Assembly (NCBI GenBank): GCA_043810595.1
Contig: JBDRNX010000037.1
Location: forward strand, 1 to 50,842
Direction: 5' to 3'
Length of the DNA stretch: 50,842 nt
DNA from: an archaeon
GTDB taxonomy: Archaea > Nanobdellota > Nanobdellia > SCGC-AAA011-G17 > VGLX01
Shown here: one piece after another, positions 1 to 8,341 of the stretch
Layout of the letters: each line of letters begins with the position of its first letter
Numbering within the stretch: the first letter of the stretch is position 1
Position numbers and translations under genes: made by a program
Notes under the pieces: model-generated
What the model saw: the letters and a program-made list of their open reading frames with translations, nothing else
What the model was told of the DNA's origin: nothing
The model's database searches: none

Positions 1-1
1 G

Positions 2-835
2 CTTTTACCTATCATCCTGATTCTTTTCTTGGTTGTTGGCTGTGCCACAACTCAGACGCGGTGGGGTGAGTGGCAGAATTACGGTCACTGGTATCCCGCT
101 GGTAACGCTTGCACTAAAGTGTCTGTCAAATCATATCCTGATGGTGCGACAGTTTACGTAAACGGTGTTTTCAAGGGAAGAACCCCTCTCGACATCAACC
201 TTTCTTATCCCATCCTTAAGAGTGAGGATACAAAAATCCAATATGAGATTTCCCCTCGGGGCTTGTTTTCCGGGCCCTCTCAGAGAAAGATTGGGGAGCA
301 AAAGCAGGAAAAAACAAAAATCGAGAGCAAGTCTTACAGGGTTGAGTTTAGGGAAGAGGGTTTTATCTCTGCAGTCAGAACTGTCACAGTTCCCGAAACA
401 AAGGAGGTTGAAGTAATCCTTAAGACGAAGCCGATTCTGCAGGTCAACAACTTTTCCATCAGGAACAGTTCTACCAGGTCTGCAGCCCAGCAAGCTTTTG
501 ATGCAGTATTATTCAAGGCTTTTAAGGTTGAGACCGCCCAAGATGTAATCCATAGGAATCATCTGAATGCAAAGATGATTTCAGAGGTTTTTGTAATTAC
601 CTCTGATTGTAAAAATGCTGATTATGTCCTCAATGGGGAAGTCGTTGTTCAGAACAGGGACACCACCCTGTGGATGTATCTGGTTACGAGAAAAGGTGTT
701 CCAGTTGTGTCAAAAAACATAGTAATCAGCAGCAGCGATGTTAATCGCCTTTACGAACATATGAACTCCCTGACTAAAGTTGTGTTGGAAAACTTCCTTA
801 GCTCAGAGGAGACCCTGCTCAAAGAAAGGAGGTGA
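2..835 (+). CDS. PEGA-domain lipoprotein, 5' end outside window
   Basis: The frame is open from the window edge. LLPIILILFLVVGC reads as a signal peptide plus lipobox Cys, upstream of the track start at 29. VKSYPDGATVYVNGVFKGRTPLDINL fits the PEGA signature. Confidence 0.6.
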   Translation, partial: LLPIILILFLVVGCATTQTRWGEWQNYGHWYPAGNACTKVSVKSYPDGATVYVNGVFKGRTPLDINLSYPILKSEDTKIQYEISPRGLFSGPSQRKIGEQKQEKTKIESKSYRVEFREEGFISAVRTVTVPETKEVEVILKTKPILQVNNFSIRNSSTRSAAQQAFDAVLFKAFKVETAQDVIHRNHLNAKMISEVFVITSDCKNADYVLNGEVVVQNRDTTLWMYLVTRKGVPVVSKNIVISSSDVNRLYEHMNSLTKVVLENFLSSEETLLKERR

Positions 836-859
836 AGCAGACTAACTTTTAACTAAATT

Positions 860-1300
860 TTGAAGGAGGGAGGTATTAAATTGAGAAGGAGGAATGTCAT
901 CAAGGAGTCTGGATATGTCACGACCAGGCAGGCGGCAGGGTTGTTGGGGGTTTCCCTATCAACAGCCATGAGGATGTTCGATAAGGGGATTCTCTCGGGC
1001 GATAAGAACAAAATCACCTACCGGAGGAAGGTCGACCTTGATAGTGTGGAGAAATTGGCAAGTAGCTTCGGAATAAATCCTCACGGAAGGGGCAAGGCTC
1101 GGGGCAAACATTTCAGCACTGGTGAGGCAGCTGTCATGTTGGAGATCTCTCGTTCTACGGTTTCGAGGATGTTTGATAAGGGTGTCCTCTACGGTGTGAA
1201 AAACCCCCTAACCCATGAAAGGATGGTAAGTTTCAACAGCATTAAGAAGCTTGCCGATTCCGTGGGTCTTGAAATTCAAAAGGAAGGAGGTGAATCTTGA
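860..1300 (+). CDS. DNA-binding protein with two tandem excisionase/MerR-like HTH (HTH_17-type) repeats
   Basis: Internal duplication TTRQAAGLLGVSLSTAMRMFDKGILSG / STGEAAVMLEISRSTVSRMFDKGVLYG, each followed by a ...KLA segment. The start is uncertain: TTG 860, or TTG 881 which sits 7 nt after GGAGGGAGG. Confidence 0.55.
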   Translation: MKEGGIKLRRRNVIKESGYVTTRQAAGLLGVSLSTAMRMFDKGILSGDKNKITYRRKVDLDSVEKLASSFGINPHGRGKARGKHFSTGEAAVMLEISRSTVSRMFDKGVLYGVKNPLTHERMVSFNSIKKLADSVGLEIQKEGGES

Positions 1301-1584
1301 TGTTAAAATTTCTTCCTCTGATTGCTTTGATCGTGATCGTTTTGACCCTTGCCGGAATGAGCTTTGCCGATAACATCGTCGCTCATAACATCAGTCCACA
1401 AAGCAGAAGCGACGTGAAGATGGGCAGTCATCGCCTCGAGGCAAAGCCTGCTGGCTCAGAAGTGGTTGTGTATCTTGATGGAGAAGAGATCTGGCGTGGA
1501 ACTGGGGAACACTATCTCGAAGCCCGCTCCACCGAAACTGAAACTGTGATCAAGATCGACGGCAAGAAGATCTGGCCGAAGTAG
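1297..1584 (+). CDS. small secreted protein
   Basis: TGATG stop-start overlap with the upstream gene. N-terminal hydrophobic signal peptide LKFLPLIALIVIVLTLAGMSFA. Confidence 0.5.
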   Translation: MMLKFLPLIALIVIVLTLAGMSFADNIVAHNISPQSRSDVKMGSHRLEAKPAGSEVVVYLDGEEIWRGTGEHYLEARSTETETVIKIDGKKIWPK

Positions 1585-1703
1585 TCCGGGATTGAGAGGT
1601 CTCCGTCTTGGCTTCAGGATTCAAGGTGGTTTACACCCACCACCCTCCTCACCTGCAGCTTCGGAGACCTCTCTTCTCATTCTTTGATAGAAAGGAGATG
1701 TTT

Positions 1704-1886
1704 ATGTTAAGGACTGTTGGCATGAAGGTTTCTTTTGCAGGTATTAAGGTGGAGGTTGATGACGAATGCGACCTCTGCACAGTCGATGAGTGCCCAAGTT
1801 TTAACGGCGGGTCTTGTCCGAACAAAGTGAAGGTGAAGGGCAAGAAGGGGCCGAGTTTGAAATTCAGAGAGCACTTTGAATCGTAG
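1704..1886 (+). CDS. small Cys-rich hypothetical protein
   Basis: The in-frame ATG at 1704 lies 6 nt after AAAGGAG, so the longer track ORF from 1608 probably over-extends. Contains CDLCTVDECPSFNGGSC. Confidence 0.4.
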   Translation: MLRTVGMKVSFAGIKVEVDDECDLCTVDECPSFNGGSCPNKVKVKGKKGPSLKFREHFES

Positions 1887-1908
1887 CTCATAGTGAAAGG
1901 AGGCCTCG

Positions 1909-2127
1909 ATGGTTCTGAGATCTTTGACCAATAGCATCGCATTTCTCGGTTATTGTGTTGGCTCCACGTTTGAGTTCTTTTCGATCATGGGGCTGCCTGG
2001 GAGGTACTTGGCTGTCAGGAATCAAGGCGATTTTGTGGTAGTCAAGGAGGTGGATAAAAACGGCTTACCGAAAAAAGGTACTCCAGAATTTCGAATCAAC
2101 AGGGACACAAAGGTAAGGCTTGTTTGA
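1909..2127 (+). CDS. hypothetical protein
   Basis: ATG preceded by GAAAGGAGG. Same strand and spacing as its neighbours. Confidence 0.45.
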   Translation: MVLRSLTNSIAFLGYCVGSTFEFFSIMGLPGRYLAVRNQGDFVVVKEVDKNGLPKKGTPEFRINRDTKVRLV

Positions 2128-2224
2128 AACCCTTGGGGAGGGTTGGTGATACAATGACGTTCAGAAGTGATGAGTCGAGGAGGGTTTTCAAATTATATTT
2201 CAGGGTTCCCAGGAAGGAGGTGTT

Positions 2225-2548
2225 GTGATGTTTTTTGAGGCGTTGGGTTACGTAGAGAGCGATGATTTTAAGTCGCATGTCAGGTCGTTGGCCGGAGACC
2301 TTGTCGATCAGGAGAAGAGGGCTGCTGTTTACAGGAACTTCACCTTTTTGATGGAGAATCTTCTCCTTATGGCTTACAGGGAGAAGGATATCACGAATTT
2401 TCTTCTCACTTTCGTTGAGAAGGTTGAAGAGCTCTTGAGCAGTTCCATGCGTCTTGTTGATATCTTAGGTGAAGACGAGGAGCACGACCTGATCAAATAC
2501 CTGGTGCGTGTGAGGCAAGACTTGACCGAGAAGTTACAAGATTCTTAA
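2225..2548 (+). CDS. hypothetical acidic cytoplasmic protein
   Basis: GTG-ATG start preceded by GGAAGGAGG. 107 aa with no signal peptide. Confidence 0.5.
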   Translation: MMFFEALGYVESDDFKSHVRSLAGDLVDQEKRAAVYRNFTFLMENLLLMAYREKDITNFLLTFVEKVEELLSSSMRLVDILGEDEEHDLIKYLVRVRQDLTEKLQDS

Positions 2549-2658
2549 GGTTTTGCCATCAACTCTGTAGGTGTAAAAAGTAATATCTCAAAGGGGAGGG
2601 TTGTTTTCTTGGCTCTCCCCTAATCTTTTCTAACCGTTTAGGGTAAGGGGGTGGTCAA

Positions 2659-3030
2659 ATGCAAAAAATAATTATTCCAATTATCTTGTTGTTTTTGGTT
2701 GGTGGGGCTCATGGCGAAGAGGTTTTTCCAGGTGTGAGCTACAGCTTTCATTTTTCCTGGGTCAGCATATCCAAAAATGAAGTCAGGCTTGAGCATTCGC
2801 AGCGGAGGGACTTGCTCTCTTTAGAATTTCATGATCATTCTGTATTTGCGATAGACTTCGAATGTGACGGTGTGTTGGACATAGTTTATTTCGGTAGCAA
2901 ATCTCTTTCTCGGGAGGATCCCTGTTTTGCTGAGTTGGAGGAATTTCTTAACAGGTGGAAGGTTGAAGCTTTCTACTACTCCATCGTTAGGGGATGGGAT
3001 GACTGGAAAAAGAAGGGGGGTGCGAAGTAG
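2659..3030 (+). CDS. secreted hypothetical protein
   Basis: SD GGGTAAGGGGGTGG is present. Signal peptide MQKIIIPIILLFLVGGAHG. Confidence 0.55.
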   Translation: MQKIIIPIILLFLVGGAHGEEVFPGVSYSFHFSWVSISKNEVRLEHSQRRDLLSLEFHDHSVFAIDFECDGVLDIVYFGSKSLSREDPCFAELEEFLNRWKVEAFYYSIVRGWDDWKKKGGAK

Positions 3031-3183
3031 AGTAAAATTAAGAAACTCGGGGGGGGAATAAGAAGGTCACCAGCAGTGTTCTTTCAAGTGCACTTTGCAG
3101 GAAGGTAAAGTTACATTCGTAGTCGTTCCAGGGGATCGTCATCTGCTCGGTGGCGGCCCCTTCTCTCAAATTAAAGGGGGTTT

Positions 3184-3369
3184 GTGATGAAGGAGAAGCT
3201 GCGTAATTATTTCCTAGAATGTTGCTCCTCTATTAAGCAGTTCTTTGAATGCTTCTTTGAGCTGGTTCCGGACACTTACAAGCGTTACAAATGGAAAACG
3301 CCTTTCATTTTGTTGTTCTTGTTTTTTGCTTCCATCGGCTATTTGATCTACAAAAAATTCTCTGATTGA
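3184..3369 (+). CDS. small membrane protein
   Basis: SD AAAGGGGG is present. C-terminal TM helix PFILLFLFFASIGYLIY. Confidence 0.45.
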   Translation: MMKEKLRNYFLECCSSIKQFFECFFELVPDTYKRYKWKTPFILLFLFFASIGYLIYKKFSD

Positions 3370-3575
3370 AAGGAGGTTTTATGAAATACGTGTTGGCTTC
3401 GTTGACTTTTTTAGTGTCTTACCTTTCCAAACTTGTGGATGTGCCGAAGGACTTTTTCAACAACTATCACCTCAACTTGGTATTCCATAAGGTCATGGAC
3501 GGTTTCACGGGTTTTTATCTCACAGTATTAAACCCGTGCTTTGGCCTTGGTGATTGTCCTTTCTTCACTGGTTAG
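3366..3575 (+). CDS. small hydrophobic hypothetical protein
   Basis: The TTG start overlaps the upstream stop. An internal ATG lies after AAAGGAGG, so the start is uncertain. Confidence 0.4.
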   Translation: MKGGFMKYVLASLTFLVSYLSKLVDVPKDFFNNYHLNLVFHKVMDGFTGFYLTVLNPCFGLGDCPFFTG

Positions 3576-3608
3576 GTATCTGAAAATGAAGCTGTGAAAG
3601 GAGGTCTG

Positions 3609-3767
3609 TATGGTTTCTATCTTGCTGGCATTGGTTGGTGTTGTTGTATTGATCCTCCTTGCCTACACGGCTTTGGTGTTTTTGTATGGCTATGCTAGGG
3701 GCGTTCAGAGAAGTGTTTACGAATCAAGCAAAAAATTGAACATTCTTACGAAAGGAGGGTCGCATGA
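3609..3767 (+). CDS. small single-TM protein (52 aa, below the ORF-track cutoff)
   Basis: Hand-translated as MVSILLALVGVVVLILLAYTALVFLYGYARGVQRSVYGIKQKIEHSYERRVA. AAAGGAGG lies 6 nt upstream. ATGA overlap with the next gene at 3764. Confidence 0.4.
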
Positions 3768-4036
3768 GCTCGATTAAGAAGCTTGTTTTTGCCATTTCAA
3801 TGATAGGTATTGGTTTGTTTGTTTACCACTCCCAGTTCCTTGCTGATTTAGAGAGTTACAAGCCTGCCAATCCCTGGTGGGACATGGGCTGCTGGTATTA
3901 CTATGCCATATTGTGGGGCCACAAGTACGGTTCCATCGTCTCGATGGTTTTTGGCACTGTGATGTTTATCGTGCTTGCTGTGAAGCAGTGTGTCAATTTC
4001 TTTCGAGACTTTTTCAAAAATCACCTGTATACATGA
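3764..4036 (+). CDS. membrane protein (2-3 TM)
   Basis: SD AAAGGAGGG is present. Hydrophobic segments LVFAISMIGIGLFVY and SIVSMVFGTVMFIVLAV. Confidence 0.5.
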   Translation: MSSIKKLVFAISMIGIGLFVYHSQFLADLESYKPANPWWDMGCWYYYAILWGHKYGSIVSMVFGTVMFIVLAVKQCVNFFRDFFKNHLYT

Positions 4037-4050
4037 AAGGAGAGGCGAGT

Positions 4051-4458
4051 ATGGGAAGGATAATTTTTACAGTTTTGATGATTTTTACTTTTACCTCAAT
4101 TGCATTAGCACAACCAAGTGATTTATCCCAGAAGGAGCTCCTCGATGTATTGTTGAATCACTTTGATCAGTACCGCTCACTGATTTACAAAGGGGAGTTC
4201 CTTAAGGGAGGGGAAGAATTGAGTGAGGCCTACACTATCCTCAAGAACCTTAAGAACATGAAAAGTCCATTACGCGTAGAAGGCTATCCCCGGTATTCAG
4301 ACAAGGACTTAATAGAAGGCCTCATGAAACCCCTTGAGGGTTATCGAAAGCACATATGTGAAGGGGATTTTACTCTAGCAAGCCTCGAGTTAGCCCTCTT
4401 TCATTCGCTCCTCAAAGAACTTATCAAGAGGGAAGCTGAATTGAAGAGGAAGCCTTAG
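4051..4458 (+). CDS. secreted helical protein
   Basis: In-frame ATG at 4051 after AAAGGAGAGG. Signal peptide MGRIIFTVLMIFTFTSIALA. The track ORF from 3877 overlaps the previous gene and is likely over-extended. Confidence 0.55.
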   Translation: MGRIIFTVLMIFTFTSIALAQPSDLSQKELLDVLLNHFDQYRSLIYKGEFLKGGEELSEAYTILKNLKNMKSPLRVEGYPRYSDKDLIEGLMKPLEGYRKHICEGDFTLASLELALFHSLLKELIKREAELKRKP

Positions 4459-4480
4459 TCACAATTTTAATGTCCCTTCA

Positions 4481-4524
4481 GGGTTGAGTATTTTTCACTT
4501 TTACTCAACCCTTCTTTTTTTTAT
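4481..4524 (+). terminator. intrinsic-terminator-like hairpin plus T-run
   Basis: GGGTTGAGTA (4481-4490) pairs with TACTCAACCC (4502-4511). CTTCTTTTTTTTATTTT follows. Confidence 0.6.
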
Positions 4525-4526
4525 TT

Positions 4527-4549
4527 TAATCTATTGGACATACAATATT
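4527..4549 (+). repeat. copy 1 of a 23-nt motif TAATyTATTGGnnATACAATATT
   Basis: 20 of 23 positions are identical to 16961-16983. Both copies sit immediately after a hairpin plus T-run. Confidence 0.6.
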
Positions 4550-4732
4550 AAAGGAAACCTTAAGCCTTTCCAGAACCTTTGTCCAGTGACAAAGGGGTGT
4601 TGCTCTTCCAAAATATTTAAATAATAGTGGGTATTCCTAATACACAGTAATTAAAGCTGTGTCTACTTGCAGTTAGTCTCAGTAATTCTGGAAAAAAAGA
4701 GGAAAAATTAACTATGGGGAGGTAGGATACAT

Positions 4733-4751
4733 AACCAAAAAGTATATAAAT
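4733..4751 (+). promoter_or_regulatory. archaeal BRE/TATA-like element
   Basis: AACCAAAAAGTATATAAAT is identical over 19 nt to 49323-49341. The second copy lies about 55 nt upstream of the SLT/LysM gene start. Confidence 0.45.
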
Positions 4752-5130
4752 GGGTTAATTCGCATAATTGAGTCACATTCACCAATTCAAAAATTAAAAA
4801 CCTCGGAGTTTAACTCCAAACACCCGCAAGGGTTTACCGGATCCACAAGCATACAAACAAAATTCACGCAATAATAAGTTTTGTTTGTTAGTTGCTTTGG
4901 ATAATGAGGTTGGATTCAAGAGACTGGCGATTTGCTTTGAATCGTTACTCCTGGAAAAACCTCGGAAGATGTGTGGAAAGCTTTGCTTTCGCAAATTGAG
5001 CCTTTGGCTTGTTTTCTTATATAGTGTGTTCCATTTCCTTAACTTTTCCTGAAAGTGAAAAACCCCGTTTTCATGGGTATTTCCTTGGGAATACCAAAAA
5101 ATAGAGCATAGAAAGGAGGTGGTGATTTAA

Positions 5131-5172
5131 AGGTTTTTCAGCAACTTAGGAAGGTTTTTCAGCAACTTAGGA
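5131..5172 (+). repeat. perfect tandem direct repeat, 2 x 21 bp
   Basis: AGGTTTTTCAGCAACTTAGGA occurs at 5131-5151 and again at 5152-5172. Confidence 0.85.
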
Positions 5173-5184
5173 AAGGAGTGTAAC

Positions 5185-5290
5185 ATGCGTTTGCGTTTCT
5201 TGAGAATGTTTTGTCGGCCTCCGTGATTAACTTCTCCTTCCTTGAACTATTTGGGGGTGTAGTTCAATTACATAACTTCTAGGGAAGGAG
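5185..5290 (+). promoter_or_regulatory. candidate leader peptide plus anti-SD attenuator for the 5298 gene
   Basis: A 13-codon ORF (MRLRFLRMFCRPP, 5185-5226) follows AAAGGAG. CTCCTTCC (5234-5241) is the exact complement of GGAAGGAG (5283-5290), which is the SD of the next gene. Confidence 0.25.
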
Positions 5291-5297
5291 GTTCATT

Positions 5298-5600
5298 ATG
5301 AAATCGTTGGAATGTTTAAAGCCTGGGCAGTGTCCGGAAGGCGGGATTAGTGCAGATAAGTTAAATGTTGAGTTAAAAAAAGCACCTTTAAATAAAGACT
5401 TGGTGTGGGTGTGGGCAAAGAGTACTATCATTCAAAAGGTATCAGGCAAGATTGAGGCTGGCCTCGTCAAGGTTCGTCTTGTTAAAGGTGAAAGTCCCAA
5501 CGGTCAGAAGGAGTTTCGCTTGAAAGGCACCGAGAGTGTGAGTCTGATTTTCGCCCAGTTCGCCCAGAGAACTAATAATAAGAAGAACAAAAAACGATGA
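5298..5600 (+). CDS. hypothetical basic protein
   Basis: ATG lies 7 nt after GGGAAGGAGG. 100 aa with a Lys-rich tail. Confidence 0.5.
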   Translation: MKSLECLKPGQCPEGGISADKLNVELKKAPLNKDLVWVWAKSTIIQKVSGKIEAGLVKVRLVKGESPNGQKEFRLKGTESVSLIFAQFAQRTNNKKNKKR

Positions 5601-5696
5601 TGTACATACGGGCTGCTCACTCTATTAGGGGATATACTAACCTAATTAGGTATCGGGTCTGCAGCCCTTTTTTATCTTCTCAAAAAGGAGGTTCGC

Positions 5697-6188
5697 ATGA
5701 AGATTTTCGGATTATTAGTGGTATTTCTTCTTTTGTTCCCATCTATCTCTCCTACGCAGCAGCTCGAGCGTGATATCAAGTTGGATGTTTTCTTCACAGA
5801 CCTTGTTCCAGAGTTGAAAAAGCCTGAGCATAGAGAGTTGTTGCAGAGCCTTCAGATGGATAGGGATTTTTTCAACCGTGAGATTGGTGAGAAGGTGATG
5901 GCTGAGATAAAAAACTCAAATTTCTTAGTCAAGGTCCCTGACCGCATCATGCTTTGCTTAACAGGAAGAATAGAGTCTGTAAGCAAGGGCTTGCTTTCTG
6001 ATGAGATTACCTACATTGTTTATTTTCTTACAGCAGTTCGCAACAGCGAGCCAAAGCCGAATAAGCCCCTTCACATTATTCCTATCAAGGTTAACTGGCC
6101 TGAAGGAACTCCTCTCAATGAGTTGCTCAAGCCAAAGATTAGGGAGGCAGTGGACACCATAGTAAGGGAGGTGATTCAGAAAAAATGA
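5697..6188 (+). CDS. secreted hypothetical protein
   Basis: SD AAAGGAGG is present. Signal peptide MKIFGLLVVFLLLFPSISP. Confidence 0.55.
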   Translation: MKIFGLLVVFLLLFPSISPTQQLERDIKLDVFFTDLVPELKKPEHRELLQSLQMDRDFFNREIGEKVMAEIKNSNFLVKVPDRIMLCLTGRIESVSKGLLSDEITYIVYFLTAVRNSEPKPNKPLHIIPIKVNWPEGTPLNELLKPKIREAVDTIVREVIQKK

Positions 6189-6231
6189 GTTTGGAAGGAG
6201 GTGGTTAACTTAGACAGAAAGGAGGTGTCAC

Positions 6232-6753
6232 ATGTTGAGGTACACTAAGGTGTTTGTTTTCTTGTTGTTCTCCCTTCTCATACCTGTCTTTGTTTTTTCT
6301 CAGCAGCCAACGGACAAGATGAAGGTCTGTATTAGTATTGAAGACCGCACTCCCGAGAAGAAGTTTCAGGCGAATCTCAAGGACTGGTTTACAAAAGGCC
6401 TGGTTGATACGGGCAGGTACGTAATCACCAAAGAGAGGAAAGAAGCACAGTATCAAATGACTTTAACCTTAGACAAAGCCAGTTTTTATGTGCTTCGGAA
6501 TCTTCCTTACACCGGCGTATCCCTGAACGTTGTGGTAAGTGAGATAGACCCGAAGACCGGCAAGGCTTTGCCAACTGGTCCTCCCTACGTCGTTGTCCAA
6601 CACCAGAAGCATGATATCACTTTGGAGGAAGCTGTCAAGGAAGCTGTGAAACAAGCAGCGGATGCGTTGAGGCTGTTCCATTTTAAATTCCATTTCAAAA
6701 GGGTCAACCCTACTTCTCCTGCTAACCCATTAAGCAAATCCAAGGCGGCATAA
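6232..6753 (+). CDS. secreted hypothetical protein
   Basis: SD GAAAGGAGG is present. Signal peptide FVFLLFSLLIPVFVFS. Confidence 0.55.
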   Translation: MLRYTKVFVFLLFSLLIPVFVFSQQPTDKMKVCISIEDRTPEKKFQANLKDWFTKGLVDTGRYVITKERKEAQYQMTLTLDKASFYVLRNLPYTGVSLNVVVSEIDPKTGKALPTGPPYVVVQHQKHDITLEEAVKEAVKQAADALRLFHFKFHFKRVNPTSPANPLSKSKAA

Positions 6754-6864
6754 CCTTCCTTCTGTTTGGGAGGTTCAAAACTTTGAAGAAAGGGGGTGAA
6801 TTAGTTTTACCATAGGGTAAAAGGGTTTAACTCAAAAAATCCAAAGAGACGGAGGTGTAAAGAG

Positions 6865-7263
6865 ATGAAGAAATTGTTTTTAGTTACAGTTGCGTTACTC
6901 GCTTTTGTTTCTGTGTTGGCATTTGTCCCCACGAATGCAAGAGCTGACTTCGGCCCCTGGGGTTTTGGGAATCCAACCTTTATCAACGGGAATTCGTTTA
7001 ATGGCCAGTACTACCTCGATAAGGCCAAGTCCACCAACGAGTATCAGGATGATCCCGTTAAGAGAATCGAGCGGATGATGAACAAGATGATGGACGACCT
7101 GAAGGCTATGATGGATGATCTAACCGACAGCATTGACAATTTAACCCTCAATTTTGATTACAACTTCAATTATATCATCCAATCGGGTAGCTACAACAGT
7201 GCAATCCTGCTCCCCGGTTCAGGCATGCTGGGTGGTTTCAACCCGAGCTGGGGTTTTGAGTAA
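6865..7263 (+). CDS. csgF: CsgF-like curli accessory protein (candidate)
   Basis: Signal peptide ends ...VPTNARA. The mature N-terminus WGFGNPTFINGNSFNG...NEYQDDP resembles, from memory, the E. coli CsgF plug region FQFRNPNFGGNPNNG...NSYKDP. The gene lies directly upstream of csgG. The C-terminus carries QSGSYNSA, a curlin-like half repeat. Confidence 0.5.
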   Translation: MKKLFLVTVALLAFVSVLAFVPTNARADFGPWGFGNPTFINGNSFNGQYYLDKAKSTNEYQDDPVKRIERMMNKMMDDLKAMMDDLTDSIDNLTLNFDYNFNYIIQSGSYNSAILLPGSGMLGGFNPSWGFE

Positions 7264-7287
7264 GCCCGTGATTGAGTAAGCCCGTGA
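7256..7287 (+). repeat. perfect tandem duplication, 2 x 16 bp, spanning the stop codon
   Basis: TTGAGTAAGCCCGTGA occurs at 7256-7271 and again at 7272-7287. Confidence 0.85.
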
Positions 7288-7335
7288 GAGGCACTCAGTC
7301 AGAAAAAATTTGATATTAAAGGAGGTAGGAAAGAG

Positions 7336-8259
7336 ATGAAGAAAACCTTGTTCAATCTAAGTCTGTTCGTTGTTGTCGTGCCTCTCATTCTTGGGTGTGC
7401 AGCCACATCCAAGAATTTAGACGGGAGGTACAAGTATGAGGGGGCAGTTCCAAACTGGACAGGCGCTTCTGAGAATCTGAAAAAGTTGCCTGCACCTAGC
7501 GAGAAGATTGTCGTAGCAGTTTGGAAGCTGCCTGATGAGACGGGTCAACATCGTCGTAGCGTAAACGCCACGGATTTGAGTAAGGCCGTGACGCAGGGCG
7601 GTGTCCATATGTTGATCAATGCCCTGCTGAAATCTAAGTGGTTTGAAGTAGTTGAGAGGGAGTCTTGGAGTAACCTTTATCAGGAGCTGAAGATCAGGGA
7701 AGAGATGCAGCGCCAAGGTGCAAAGGTCAACGGGGGTGTTGTCGGCCTGAAAGTGCCCAGGTTCATGATTACAGGTGCCATAACGGAATATGAGCATCAA
7801 CCATTCTCCGCTGGTGCTGGTGCAGGCTACCGTGGCTTCGGGCTAAGTGCTCGTGCGAAAATCAGCTCTGTCACAACGGATTTGCGCCTGACAGATCTTA
7901 ACACTGGTGTTGTCCTTGATGCAGTTAGCGTCTACAAACGCATCGCCTCTGAGGAAGTGGACTTCTCAATCTTCCGGTTTTTGAAGATTGACAAGTTGTT
8001 GGAAGTTGAGACTGGTTTCACTACCAACGAACCCACTCAGGCTTGCGTGAGGGAAACCATCGAGAAGAGCGTCATTAATCTCATCACAAAATGCGTTAAT
8101 AGTGGGCTGTGGTCTCCCAAGAATCCGGATGACAAGAAGTTCTTCTCTGAACTGAAGCTTGAGTTTGATGAAATGGCCGCTGCTGAGAAGAAGGCCGAGG
8201 TTCAGGAAGAGAAGGTTCCGGTGCAGAAGATCGTTTTCGGCAAGGAAGTTTCTGATTAG
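7336..8259 (+). CDS. csgG: CsgG-family curli secretion channel lipoprotein
   Basis: Lipobox LILGC. LPAPSEKIVVAVWKLPDETGQ, FTTNEPTQACVRETIEKSVINLI and GLWSPKN parallel, from memory, E. coli CsgG LPAPTGKIFVSVYNIQDETGQ, YTSNEPVMLCLMSAIETGVIFLI and GLWDLQN. Confidence 0.88.
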   Translation: MKKTLFNLSLFVVVVPLILGCAATSKNLDGRYKYEGAVPNWTGASENLKKLPAPSEKIVVAVWKLPDETGQHRRSVNATDLSKAVTQGGVHMLINALLKSKWFEVVERESWSNLYQELKIREEMQRQGAKVNGGVVGLKVPRFMITGAITEYEHQPFSAGAGAGYRGFGLSARAKISSVTTDLRLTDLNTGVVLDAVSVYKRIASEEVDFSIFRFLKIDKLLEVETGFTTNEPTQACVRETIEKSVINLITKCVNSGLWSPKNPDDKKFFSELKLEFDEMAAAEKKAEVQEEKVPVQKIVFGKEVSD

Positions 8260-8341
8260 TCAACCCTTAACCCTCTTTTGTAACTTAAGTTGTGGAACAC
8301 GCGCGCTGGCTTGGGCTTGAGTTATAGAAAGGAGACTTCTC

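Noticed and set aside
3877-4050. Long N-terminal extensions of track ORFs (3877, 10417, 14051, 15080, 15535, 1608, 47807 and 31350 starts).
   Set aside because: In each case an in-frame ATG further downstream has a properly spaced GGAGG-type SD and begins a signal peptide or TM helix. The extension overlaps the preceding gene or abuts a divergent start.
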